Source: Somniosus microcephalus (taxonomy: Eukaryota). Taken from it: a stretch of DNA of 64,000 bases. A program made the position numbers and the translations under genes. Below the pieces are notes generated by a model that saw only the letters and a program-made list of their open reading frames with translations, had not been told where the DNA came from and did not search any database. Below are positions 11,886-22,790 of the stretch, piece after piece. The stretch is from contig CM126208.1 in assembly GCA_052327205.1 (NCBI GenBank), positions 143,158,001-143,222,000 of the forward strand, written 5' to 3'. How positions within the stretch are numbered: position 1 is the stretch's first letter; each line of letters begins with the position of its first letter.

Positions 11886-13013
11886 CTAGAGGGGGACTAG
11901 AAGCGACTTGCTATAAGCCGCTGACGGACGGCCCTTGCACTTTGTACCTCCCTCCCATCTTGGTGCTGCTGCTCCTCCTCCTCCTCTGCTGGTGCCCCAA
12001 TGTCTGGTGGCAGTGGCTGAGTCCTGAAGATTGCCTGTTATGCAGCATGCAGCACACAACAACGAAATGGGAGACTCGCTCAGGTGAGTACTGAAGGGCT
12101 CCTCCGGAATGGTCCAGACAGCGGAACCGTTGCTTGAGCATGACGATTGTGTGCTCAACGATGTTCCTGGTAGCTTGATGGCTCTCATTTTATCGTTCTT
12201 CAGCAGGGGTGCTGGGTGCACAGAGCGGGGTCATCAGCCAGGTGCACAAAGGATAGCCCTTGTCCCCGAGAAGCCAGCCTCCTGGGTGAGCCGGGGCCTC
12301 GAAAAGGTCTGCCACAGAAGTCTGGCACAGGATGAAGGCGTCGTGGCTGCTGCCTGGAAAGCAGGCATTGACAGCGACTATCAGCTGCCTGTGGTCACAG
12401 ACCAACTGGACGTTCAACGAATGGAACCCCTTCCGGTTGCGGTAATCCTCGGCATTCTCTTGCGGCGCCCGCAAAGCCACATGCGTGCAGTCAATGGCGC
12501 CCTGGACCATGGGGCAGCCCACTATTCTTGCAAAGCCCATTGCATGCTCTTGCTGCTTGTCCGGGGTCATGGGGAAGGAGATGTACTGACATCTCCTTTT
12601 AAAGAGGGCATTCGTGACTTGATGGATGCAGCAATGCACCGCGAACTGGGAGATATTGGCAATGTCCCCAGTAGCGGATGGAAAGGAGCCGGTGGCATAG
12701 AAGTTGAGAGCCACTGTTACCTTCTCTGCCACCGACAGAGACGTCCTGCTCTTCAGTTGAGGCTGCAGATCTGGCTGAAGCAGGTGGCAGAGCTCAGTGA
12801 CCACCTCCTTGCTGAATCGCAGCCTCTGAAAACACTGCTCCTCAGACATATTGAGGTATGATAACTGTTGGCGGAAAACCCTGGGACGGTAAGGTCTCGT
12901 GTGCCGACGCCTGTTGGCCCTCCTCCGTCTGGCCATCATTGGCACTCTCTGCGTCTCTGTGCCCTCTCAATGTAATGGAGAAGCCCAACGTTCCCACCCA
13001 TTGCAGCCCCCAT
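11886..13013 (-). pseudogene. Harbinger B DDE transposase, disrupted
   Basis: [49 protein letters not shown]; frameshift near 12945, stop at 12190-12192, frameshift near 12035. Confidence 0.92.
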
Positions 13014-13507
13014 AGTATGTGGCCACTCAAAGTTATGCCGGTGAAAAAGCAAAGCAACTACAAAGTTCTGGTCAGAAGCCAAAAGTACCTCAGCGAGCAC
13101 TGACTCAATGTAGAAAGCTCTCTCCCTTTGCCTCTCTGCAAATCTCTCTCTCTCTCAGAAATAATGGTCCAAAAATGGCTACCACAAAGAAGCCAGGAAG
13201 AGCCCCCTTTAAATAGCACCCCCCCAGCCCCACAGCGACTGGGAACCATTCCAGTCAACCAGTTGTTGGGAGCGACAGGCGGAAAGGAGGGGGGCGCCAC
13301 TGAATTTCCGGTCCGGGGCGTCCCAAGGGCATTGCACTCTGAAATGACGTCAGGATCTGCGTGCGCAGCTAAGCGGGCATTGCGGTTTAGCGCCGCCACT
13401 AAATGTCCGCTCAATTTCGCGAGAGGCGCAGGTCTCGCCGCGCCCGGGCGCTAGCTGGCTCGCGCCCCACTTATCGCCCTCTTAAGGCACTAACGGGTGG
13501 TGCAACC

Positions 13508-13688
13508 TATTATGTCCGTGTATGATTGAGACACGGACAGCAGGAGTTGAACAAAACAAGTCTTTACTGAATGAAGTCAATCGGGAAACTGAAACTACAG
13601 AGGCTTACTAGTGCCTTTTATACAGGGGTGGTCACTGCCGGTACTGCAGTCTGAGACCAGTTATTCTCTTAAAGGTACATACACAACA
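13508..13688 (-). repeat. Gypsy-1 3' LTR; PPT AAAAGGGGAGGAAT adjacent at 13689-13702
   Basis: Direct repeat of 18405-18585; TATAAAA and AGTAAA on the minus strand. Confidence 0.97.
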
Positions 13689-13796
13689 ATTCCTCCCCTT
13701 TTAGATAAACAGTACACAACATTCATTTAACAACTAAATGATAACTAATTACAATCACAATTACGGTTGCTAGATACATTGGTTAAGTTTAAGCAA

Positions 13797-16700
13797 TTAT
13801 AAGTTCAGTCTTTGAGGAGGCTTCCTGATTCTGTCTGGATAACGCCTCTTTGGGGTATCAGGTTCCTCTGGCAAGGTTGAGTCAGGATCAATGTCGTTGT
13901 TTGGTTCATCTGCTTCCAATATCACCGATTCTGCGGTAGCTGCAATTGGTACGTCGATTTCATTGCCAGGTGTATCAGATCGTGGTGTGGAGTTGACGTT
14001 TTCCAGTGACTCTAGAATCTGGTCAGCAAGGCATCTTACAATGCTCTCTCCAACGTCCACGGTATACATGAGAGGTCCTTGCCGTGTACAAATCGTTCCT
14101 GGCTGCCATTTCTCAGTGCGGTAGTCCCGGGCCAAAACTGGTTGACCTATCTTAAAACTCCTGGTCGGCCTTTCATTCATATTCTGAAACTGCCTGTTCT
14201 CCACATCTCTTTGGACGTTTGGCTTAATCAAATCCAAGCGGCATCGTAGTCTTCGATTGAAGAACATCATGGTGGGAGTTTGGTTTGTAACCGCATGTGT
14301 CGCATTCCGGTAGGCAAACAAGAAGTTGTCCACCTTGTGTTGTAGGGGTATATCTTCATTACACATTGCCTTGATAGCCTTCTTGAATGTTTGAACAAAC
14401 CTCTCGGCCAATCCATTAGTGGCTGGATGATATGGGGCAGATGTGTAATGCTTAACACCATTGTTCTTTAAGAACCTCCGGAACTCTTCAGACACAAACT
14501 GTGGTCCATTGTCAGAGCAAATCTGTTCAGGCAGCCCATTCCTGGCGAATATGGTTCGTAAAACTGTGATAGTTTTTTCCGTGGTGGTTGAGGACATTTT
14601 TATTACCTCTGGCCACTTTGAATGTGCATCCACCGCAATTAAAAACATCGAGTCCATGAAGGGACCAGCAAAATCAATGTGCACCCTTTGCCATGGAGAT
14701 GAGGGCCACTCCCATGGATGTAGAGGAGCTTGTGGTGGGGCGTTTTGGACCTTCTGGCATCCTGCACAGCTCTTGGTCATCTCTTCGATTTCTCTATCGA
14801 TTCCCGGCCACCACACAAACGCTCTGGCTAAGTTCTTCATTTTTACCCCACCCAGATGACCCTCATGAAGCTCATTGAGCACTCTATCCGTCAACTTAGG
14901 TGGAATTACTACTCTGGATCCACACATCAAGGTTCCTCTGCACACTGACAGCTGTTCTCTTCTCGGCGAGAATGCTGGCAGCAGTGGTTCGCCATGTGCT
15001 GGCCATCTCTTCACCATTAAATCATAGACCCGTGATAGTGTCGGGTCATTCCGTGTTTCCTTTTCTATGTTTGCATTCGTCACAGGGAGACATTCGACTA
15101 TGGTCGAGTGGAATAACTCCATTGGATCCACTGCAAGGTCTTCTTCTTCTACCGTCGGCAACGGTAGGCGTGACAATCCATCAGCATTCCCATGCTGTTT
15201 AGTTCCTTTGTACTCGATGTCATATTGGTGTGCCCCTAGGAAAAGGGACCACCTCTGCAGCCGTTGCGCTGTCATTATCGGTACGCCCTTCTGAGGGTTG
15301 AAAATGGAGACAAGAGGTTGATGATCGGTTAGTAAAGTTAATTTTTGACCGTGCAGGTAGTGATTGAACTTCTTCACCCCCCACACTAGGCTGAGGGCCT
15401 CTCTGTCAATCTGGGCGTAGTTACGCTTGGCAGAAGTTAACGAGCGTGACGCAAAAGCTATCGGCCTCTCTAAACCATCAAGGAATTTATGTGACAGTAC
15501 CGCCCCAATGCCATAGGGAGACGCATCACACGCCAGTCTGATCGGCAGTGCTGGGTTGTAGTGAGCCAATACTTCTCTTGAAGTGATTAAGTCCTTACTC
15601 TTCTGAAAGGCCCGCTTACAGTCATTGCTCCATTTCCATGCTACTCCCGTTCGTAGTAGGGCGTTCAGTGGGTGCAGAATTGTGGACAAATTCGGTAAAA
15701 ACTTATGGTAGTAATTCACCAATCCGAGGAATGACCTCAGTTGCGACACATTTTCAGGCGCTAGGGCCTTAACAACCGCTTCAATTTTGTCAGGGGACTT
15801 ATGTAACCCCTCTTCATCAATCACGTGGCCACAATACGATATCTGTTTCTTAAAAAACTCGCACTTGGGGCGGTTGGCTCGTAGCCCATGTTCCCGTAGT
15901 CTAGTGAGCACCTGTTCTAGGTTGTTAAGGTGTTCACTGTCATCTTCACCTGTCACAAGGATGTTGTCCAAGTAACACTGAGTCCCCGGAATCCCTTGCA
16001 GGACTTGTTCCATTGCTCTTTGCCATATCGCCGGAGCCGATGCTACTCCGAATACCAATCGATGATACTGGTAAAGACCTTTGTGAGTGTTTATCGTGAG
16101 ATACTTCCTAGAGGATTCTTCAACCTCCATCTGCAAATATGCCTGTGCTAGGTCAATTTTCGTAAAACGTTTCCCTCCAGATAGTGAGGCGAAGATGTCT
16201 TCTAACCTTGGAAGAGGATATTGTACTGTGTGAAGGATTGGGTTCACTGTCACCTTGAAGTCCCCACAGATGCGAACCTTCCTTGGCTCCTCAGACTTAT
16301 TGCTTAACGTTTTCTTCATGACAGGAACGATGGGTGTTGCCCACTCGCTCCAGTCGACCTTAGACAACACGCCTGCCTTCTCCAGATTCTCCAGCTCTGC
16401 CTCGACGACTGGGCGAATTGCATATGGTACCGGTTTTGCTTTGAAAAACTTGGGAATTGCATTCTCTTCTATTCTTATCGAGGCGGTTACGCCTTTAAGA
16501 GTGCCCAGTTCTTGTTGAAATACCTCTTTGGCGTTAGCTAAGATTGTTGACAATCGTCCAGGAGTAACGTCTTCATCTTTTTTACCATCCACCGTCATTG
16601 CATGAATGGAGTGCCAATCTAAGTTTATCTTCCTGACCCATTCACGTCCCAATAACGATGGTCCACCATTTGGCAGTATGTAGAGATACAATTTCCGTAT

Positions 16701-17756
16701 TTTCTTGCCATTGTATTCGACAGGCACCCTTATTTTTCCTCTGGGGTATACTTTTTGCCCCGTATACGTCGTCAAGACGATGGATGTCTCTCTCAAGGGT
16801 ATGTGTGAGAATAGCCGCTCGTAGTCTCGTCGATTCATGACGGTTAGCGCTGATCCTGTATCCAATTCCATTTTAACTTGGGACCCTGCTATCGTGAGGG
16901 TGACCCAAATGGTTCGGTGATCCTCTTTTGCGATTACATTGTGAAGTTTGAGACAGCTTAGTCTCTTGTTCCCGGATTCACTATCGCTCATCTGGTCTTC
17001 GGAACTACTGTCCGTCATCTTCTGTACTTTGTTGTACGGTTCCTTAGTCGCCTTTTTGTTGTCGTTGGTCTTCTTCCCAGACCTGCAAACTCGTGCAATG
17101 TGTCCCATCTTTCCGCATTGCCTGCATATTTTGTCCTTGGACCAGCAGTCCTTCTGGTCATGGTTAGTTCTGCCGCAGCGATAACATTTTGCAAATCCCT
17201 GTGTCATTGCGTGGGTGCCGTATTCCTGTGGCTTTTGTTGTATTTCCGCAGCTCCCCTGGCTGCTGCTTCGTACGCTACTGCCATGCTGAAAGCCTTATC
17301 TAGCGTCAGCTCTTTCTCTGAGAGTAACTTCTTCTGTGTTCCTTCACTCAGGAGTCCACAGACAAATTTGTCCCGTAGTGTATCTGCCAGTCCTGCTCTG
17401 AACTGGCAGTGCTTTGATAGCTTGCATAGTTCCATAAGGTACTCAGCATTGCTCTCATCTTTATGCTGAGTTCTCCTGTGGAATTTAAATCTTTCTGCTA
17501 TCAACAGCGGTGCAGGGTTTAGGTGTTCCTGTAGGACAGCAACAATTTCGTTAAAACTCTTCGCCTTCGGTTTGGCTGCAGTAATCAGGTCCCGCAATAG
17601 GCCGTACGTTCTAGCGCCCATTAAGTTTAGCAATACCGATGCCTTTTTCTCATCGGCTATTTCGTTTGCCTCGAAATATACCTCGACTCTTTCCACATAC
17701 GTGGTCCAGTCCTCTATTGTATTATCAAAGGCAGTGATACAGCCAGTCTTCGGCAT
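13797..17756 (-). CDS. Gag-Pol polyprotein (capsid, 2 CCHC knuckles, protease, RT, RNase H, integrase); RT catalytic motif is YLDN
   Basis: Open 1319-aa ORF: CYRC..H..C and CRQC..H..C, LDTGS, YLDNIL, DAS/TDH/ADGLSR, HEGH..CAGC, HIDF/SDNG/AERF. Confidence 0.93.
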   Translation of the reverse strand: MPKTGCITAFDNTIEDWTTYVERVEVYFEANEIADEKKASVLLNLMGARTYGLLRDLITAAKPKAKSFNEIVAVLQEHLNPAPLLIAERFKFHRRTQHKDESNAEYLMELCKLSKHCQFRAGLADTLRDKFVCGLLSEGTQKKLLSEKELTLDKAFSMAVAYEAAARGAAEIQQKPQEYGTHAMTQGFAKCYRCGRTNHDQKDCWSKDKICRQCGKMGHIARVCRSGKKTNDNKKATKEPYNKVQKMTDSSSEDQMSDSESGNKRLSCLKLHNVIAKEDHRTIWVTLTIAGSQVKMELDTGSALTVMNRRDYERLFSHIPLRETSIVLTTYTGQKVYPRGKIRVPVEYNGKKIRKLYLYILPNGGPSLLGREWVRKINLDWHSIHAMTVDGKKDEDVTPGRLSTILANAKEVFQQELGTLKGVTASIRIEENAIPKFFKAKPVPYAIRPVVEAELENLEKAGVLSKVDWSEWATPIVPVMKKTLSNKSEEPRKVRICGDFKVTVNPILHTVQYPLPRLEDIFASLSGGKRFTKIDLAQAYLQMEVEESSRKYLTINTHKGLYQYHRLVFGVASAPAIWQRAMEQVLQGIPGTQCYLDNILVTGEDDSEHLNNLEQVLTRLREHGLRANRPKCEFFKKQISYCGHVIDEEGLHKSPDKIEAVVKALAPENVSQLRSFLGLVNYYHKFLPNLSTILHPLNALLRTGVAWKWSNDCKRAFQKSKDLITSREVLAHYNPALPIRLACDASPYGIGAVLSHKFLDGLERPIAFASRSLTSAKRNYAQIDREALSLVWGVKKFNHYLHGQKLTLLTDHQPLVSIFNPQKGVPIMTAQRLQRWSLFLGAHQYDIEYKGTKQHGNADGLSRLPLPTVEEEDLAVDPMELFHSTIVECLPVTNANIEKETRNDPTLSRVYDLMVKRWPAHGEPLLPAFSPRREQLSVCRGTLMCGSRVVIPPKLTDRVLNELHEGHLGGVKMKNLARAFVWWPGIDREIEEMTKSCAGCQKVQNAPPQAPLHPWEWPSSPWQRVHIDFAGPFMDSMFLIAVDAHSKWPEVIKMSSTTTEKTITVLRTIFARNGLPEQICSDNGPQFVSEEFRRFLKNNGVKHYTSAPYHPATNGLAERFVQTFKKAIKAMCNEDIPLQHKVDNFLFAYRNATHAVTNQTPTMMFFNRRLRCRLDLIKPNVQRDVENRQFQNMNERPTRSFKIGQPVLARDYRTEKWQPGTICTRQGPLMYTVDVGESIVRCLADQILESLENVNSTPRSDTPGNEIDVPIAATAESVILEADEPNNDIDPDSTLPEEPDTPKRRYPDRIRKPPQRLNL

Positions 17757-17768
17757 CTTGAAAATCTA

Positions 17769-17885
17769 AAATGGCGCCTCCCGCGCTTTGCCTTCTTCCC
17801 CGATTTAACAAAATGGCGCCTCCCGCGCTTTGCCTTCTTCCGCGCTGATTAAGATGGCGCCTCCCGCGCTTTGCCTTCTTCCCCG
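17769..17885. repeat. About 42-bp tandem repeat x3 in the Gypsy-1 leader
   Basis: AANATGGCGCCTCCCGCGCTTTGCCTTCTTCC occurs three times just upstream of the gag ATG. Confidence 0.9.
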
Positions 17886-18393
17886 CTGTTGCTAGCGCTG
17901 CTTTCCGCGGTTTCCATTGCAACCTGCAGCTCCTCGCGGTTTCCTGCGCGTTTAATATATATATATATTTTTTTAAATTATTTTCCCGTCGTGGAACAAC
18001 CCTGTGGGACTCTTGCCTCCCTCTTCTCGGGTCTATACGCAGCCTGGCTTCGTAGCACCAGCTGTGTGCTCCACCCTCTCTCTCTCCTCTTCCCGACAAC
18101 GCTGCTCGGCCCCATTGCAAGCCACCCGCTCGAGTTCGCGACCGCCGCAGCCCAGGAAAGATCAGTGTGCTACCTGCCACCAGCCCGATTAGCTGAAGCA
18201 CCGTCGACAGGAACCAGGCCCCGCTTTCGACAGCTTCTCCAGCAATCTTCAACTCCGCTAACAGAGGGGTGGATGCCCACGGTCGACGCCCGTTTCTACT
18301 GCTTCTTTCTTCCTTCTGGCCTCGACCTCTGCTCACTTCGCTGCAGGAATGGATCCCAGGAGGTGGTGCAGACTGTCGGTAAGTTCGTATCTG

Positions 18394-18403
18394 CTCATCG
18401 CCA
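18394..18403 (-). promoter_or_regulatory. Gypsy-1 primer binding site (tRNA-Ser-like)
   Basis: TGGCGATGAG one base after the 5' LTR; Gypsy-2 has TGGCGACGAG. Confidence 0.8.
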
Positions 18404-18404
18404 G

Positions 18405-18585
18405 TATTATGTCCGTGTATGATTGAGACACGGACAGCAGGAGTTGAACAAAACAAGACTTTACTGAATGAAGTCAATCGGGAAACTGAAACTACAGAGG
18501 CTTACTAGCGCCTTTTATACAGGGGTGGTCACTGCCGGTACTGCAGTCTGAGACCAGTTATTCTCTTAAAGGTACATACACAACA
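18405..18585 (-). repeat. Gypsy-1 5' LTR
   Basis: Direct repeat of 13508-13688, followed by the PBS. Confidence 0.97.
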
Positions 18586-19756
18586 CAACCAACTGAATTT
18601 CTCGGTGTCATGCTGTGTTACCATCATTGATTAGCATTTGAGAAAGAGCTGCAGTCAAGCCTATTTCAAGCTGCAGTACTGGCATTTGGGAGGTGCAAGA
18701 AAATACAATTAGAGGCAATTTTGATGCAACATTTAGGCAGCAAATGAAGAGCATATAACATGAAGAAATGGGTTTCCATTTTGAAGGTTCAATTATTTAT
18801 TTCTTGAGAAACTTAGTAGAAGAGCCAAGGCCCATGGTATAAACATCAGCAAGGCTGAGAAGACGAGGAATGAAGTTGATGTATTAATCAAGAAGCTAAT
18901 GGATAAAATTGCAGGGCATTGCCTTGGGCTGTTATAATGCACTAGCAAGCAGCTGGTATGAATAAAGTAAAAGCAGACACTTAAGATATAGGTTGCAGTG
19001 CTGCCCTCGCGGCTGGAAAATACTGTGGGACCTCAAGAGGAGAGGAAGCCTGTGAGAGTGACAAAAATATACAAAACTGAAGCAACTAAGGGGTTGAAAT
19101 TCCTTTGTGCATCATCTTTAGTTGACTGGTTAACATATTCACATAAAATTCCTATGTGCTCTATTTTAACAAAGTCATTATCTTGTATGTTTGAAGTTGA
19201 TTAATAACTTTCTTCAAGTAGCGCACCCAGGAATTTTACATAAATATATTATTGGGCACATAGGAATTTCAGCCCAAGTAATAATGTTTGAAAATGACCA
19301 TGCTGCCTTCACAAAAAGACCTTGTGGAATACTTGGAGGACTCCACAAAGAAAGTACAAGTTACCACAGTGAAACAGCAGTTGAAGCTATAGTATGAGAA
19401 TTGAAGCATAGCAACTGTTCAATGTTTGCTGTCAGTTTCATGTTTCTGCTCATTCCAATGGGGCAGAGCACAGCTGGGTTTACAACATTGAAACCAGGTT
19501 TAAAACAAACAGTTACAAATGGCAAATAACTTGAAATCAGCAAATAATTTTGAATAGTTAACACCCAGTGATCTAATTTTACACCATCTGATGAAGGCAA
19601 CTTAATGCAGCTAGAGGCTGAAGAACTCCCAGTCTCTCATGTAGTGTGGAATTAAAGGGATCCAATAGTTTGGTTGAGCTGGTTTCCAGTTTCTAATTTT
19701 CAACATTTATGTGAAGGTTTCAGATATATGCGCACCAGCTTCAGCTCAAACATCGA

Positions 19757-20612
19757 GGGGGGAAAACTTCAGTGTCACCCCTTTTGGGGCGCTAACATTG
19801 CCAGGGTGCTAATTTGAGCGCCCTGAAAAAATTAGCACCCCCTCCACTTGAAATTCAGTGGTAGCGGCCCAAGCAGGAGGTCAGGCGCTACTGGAAGCGC
19901 TCCATTTCCTTCTTGGGGTGCTACAACTGAATATTGCAGTGCTACGCGCAACAGCGCCACGTGCATCGGCACGTAGCGCCGCATCATTGCAGGCCTCCTC
20001 CCCTGATTAAAGGGGAGGGGCCTAACACTACACCCACCGGGGCCCTGCTAGACCACCGGGGAGCGGGGTGCCGTGGAAACAGCCTGGCACTTAAGAGGAG
20101 TGCCGGGCTGAGTGATCGCGGCCGGCACCCCGAGGAAAACAGGGGAAGGGGGCAGGTGCTAGCAGTCAGCCCAATAAAAATGTCCGCCCGACACCGGCCC
20201 CTTTTACTGCCGCTGCCGTGGCTGTAAAAACGCCACCCTGACCTTGTCAGACATATCGTCCGGTGATAGGTTGGGGGCGCAACTGAAGTTTGCGGCCGGG
20301 GCGCGAGCGGGGAGCGAGCGGGGCGCTGCATACGGCGATGACATCCTCGTGATGGCGCAGTGCCGCAGGGCGCTACCGACTACCACTGCTGCTAACATCG
20401 CCAGGGTGCTAATTTGAGCGCCCTGAAAAAATTAGCACCCCCTCCACTTGAAATTCAGTGGTAGCGGCCCAAGCAGGAGGTCAGGCGCTACTGGAAGCGC
20501 TCCATTTCCTTCTTGGGGTGCAGGAGGCGTTAGCGGCGCCGCGCCCGGACGCTAGAGGATTTGCGCGGGGGGGCGCTAATGAGAAGCGCAAATCAACCCA
20601 ATTTTCCCCCCC
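19757..20612. mobile_element. Harbinger MITE related to the 2086/39764 family, with an internal 131-bp duplication
   Basis: G-run/C-run termini (GGGGGGAAAA / ATTTTCCCCCCC); shared blocks such as TTAAAGGGGAGGGGCC and GGCACTYAAGAGGAGTGCCGGGCT. Confidence 0.8.
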
Positions 20613-20898
20613 ATGACCTTTAAGTCTCTGTGACATGGATTTCTTTTTCCTTTTCACATCAATTTTATCTGCCATTTTTCTCCCATCTCCACTCCTCAGT
20701 GAATAAAATGTCAGCAGACTGTCTGACCCTAGGGACACATTGCAACCCAGCCCATTCCTGTCCTCACCTGACAGCCACACATGTGATGCAGGCAGCCCTG
20801 CCAATTGTAGTACCGTTACTGCCACCCTTACTGAGACCAGCTAACTCAGCACAGACTGAGGATTGAAATGGGACTCTCCTGTTCTGTGTGGCTCACCT

Positions 20899-21730
20899 AA
20901 TCATAGAGTCGAGTCATACGGCACAGAAGGAGGCCATTTGGCCCATCGAGTCCATGCCAGCTCTCTGTAGAGCAATCCAGTCAGTCCCATTCCCCGCTCT
21001 ATCCCCGTAGCCCTGCAAGTTTATTTCCCTCAAGTGCCTATCCAGTCTCCCCGTGAAAACATTGAGTGTCTCCGCTTCCACCACTTCCGTTGGCAGCGAA
21101 TTCCAGGTCCTCACCACTCGCTGCGTAAGAAAGTTTTTCCTCACATCCCCCTTGTATCTCTTGCCCAAAACCTTAAATCTGTGTCCCATAGTTCTTGTAC
21201 CATCAACTAGTGGGAACAGTCTTTCCCCGTCTAGCCTATCCAAACCCGTCATAATCTTGTACACCTCTATCAAATCACCCTTCATCCTCCTTTGCTTTAA
21301 TGAAAACAAATCCAGCTTCTCCAACCTGTCCTTGTAGCTAAGATCCCCCATCCCTGGAACCATTCTGGTAAATCTCCTCTGTACCCTCTCAAGTGCCTTC
21401 ACATCCTTCCAAAGTATGGTGACCAGAACTGAACACAATACTCCAGTTGTGGCCTAATCAGCGCTTTATAAAGTTTCAGCATAACTTCTCTACTTTTGTA
21501 CTCAATACCTCTATTTATGAAGCCCAAGATCCTATATGCTTTGTTAACCATTCTCTCAATATGTTCTGCCACCTTCAGGGACCTATGCACATTAACTCCC
21601 AGGTCTATCTGTCCCTGCACACACTTTAAAACTGTGCCATTAAGTGTTTCTTTGCCTCTCCCTGTTCCTTCTGCCAAAATGCAACACCTCACACTTCTCT
21701 GTATTAAATTCCATCTGCCACTTGTCTGCC
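20899..21730 (-). mobile_element. CR1 LINE 3' fragment
   Basis: ORF2 C-terminus (RPQLEYCVQFWSP, LERVQRRFTRM, GDLIEVYKI) plus 3' UTR and tail. Confidence 0.92.
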
Positions 21731-21975
21731 CTAATCATTGGATAAACCTGCAGAGCCAACAGAGGAACAATACGCATATTTAATCTGGTGTAAATTAAAT
21801 GCCCATTGACCAGGTTGCAAAACAAGGTATGGAAGAATTAGTTTTATTCCATTCAAACACTGAAATACTGTACATAGAAGTTACAACACGGCAACAGGCT
21901 GTTAGGCCAAATCAGTCCGTGTTGGCATTTATCATCCATGTGAACAAATAGTCCTAATCACATTTACCGACCCTG

Positions 21976-22364
21976 AAACATAGAAACATAGAAGATAGGA
22001 GCAGGAGTAGGCCATTCGGCCCTTCGAGCCTGCTCCGCCATTCAACGAGATCATGGCTGATCATCCAAACCCTAGCACCTGGTCCCTACACCGACAGCCA
22101 TCCCACCCAAGCCCTATCCCCGTAACCCCGTAACCCCACGTATTTAATCCCCCCTAACACTAAGGGTCAATTTTTATCATGGCCAATCAACCTAACCCGC
22201 ACATCTTTGGACTGTGGGAGGAAACCGGAGCACCCGGAGGAAACCCACGCAAACACGGGGAGAATGTGCAAACTCCACAGAGACAGTCACCCGAGGCCGG
22301 ATTTGAACCTGGGTCCCTGGCGCTGTGAGGCAACAGTGATAACCACTATGCCACCGTGCTGCCC
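21976..22364 (-). mobile_element. HE1-type V-SINE (tRNA head, V domain, CR1/HER1-derived 3' tail)
   Basis: 5' GGGCAGCACGGTGGCATAGTGG, B-box GGTTCAAATCC, TGTGGAGTTTGCACATTCTCCCCGTG, tail (TTTCTATG)n; resembles the elasmobranch HE1 consensus from recall. Confidence 0.88.
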
Positions 22365-22790
22365 TTCATCCATTTATCCAAGATATTCTTGAATATTGAT
22401 ATAATTTCTGTCTCACTCACTAACCCTGGAAGTAAATTTCACAGCCTCGCAGCTCTGTGTGAAGAATATTCTTCTGCCCTCTGTTATAAATCTCTTCACC
22501 CATGAATAATAGAACTGGAAACCCTTATCTAAGTGTAGGGCACAGCTTCAAAGCCACGATCTTCCACTGAGTAAATGCTCCATTTCTCACTATCGAGCAC
22601 CAATAAAGAACGCATTATTTTTGCACATGCTGTGTGACAAATAGCATATTTGGAATCTGCAACGATCACGAAGCACTCAAAAGGGTAAGTTGTTGCAGTT
22701 GTACAGGACACTTAATAAATAGGCCCAATGTGGAATGTATCTCGTAAGTTAGTTATGTCCGTGCCTCTTATGTGCAGAAAAAAAGACGCT

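Larger units (their letters stand above)
13508..18585 (-). mobile_element. Gypsy-1: full-length Ty3/Gypsy (Mag-like) LTR retrotransposon
   Basis: 181-bp LTRs with 2 mismatches, perfect TSD CAACC (13503-13507 / 18586-18590), PBS, PPT and a single gag-pol ORF. Confidence 0.97.
9254..18605 (-). mobile_element. Harbinger B: full-length decayed Harbinger, interrupted by Gypsy-1 near its right TIR
   Basis: Left TIR GGGGGAGAAATTCAGT; the right end resumes after the LTR as AACTGAATTTCTC (18591-18603); collinear with Harbinger C in inverted orientation. Confidence 0.88.

Noticed and set aside
17725-18477. Extra ORFs in the Gypsy leaders (also 31664-32213)
   Set aside because: GC-rich leaders with no recognisable motifs; the ORFs are not conserved between the two elements.
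22290-22364. tRNA genes here and at about 57711 and 59200-59273
   Set aside because: These are tRNA-derived heads continuing into SINE or LINE bodies.
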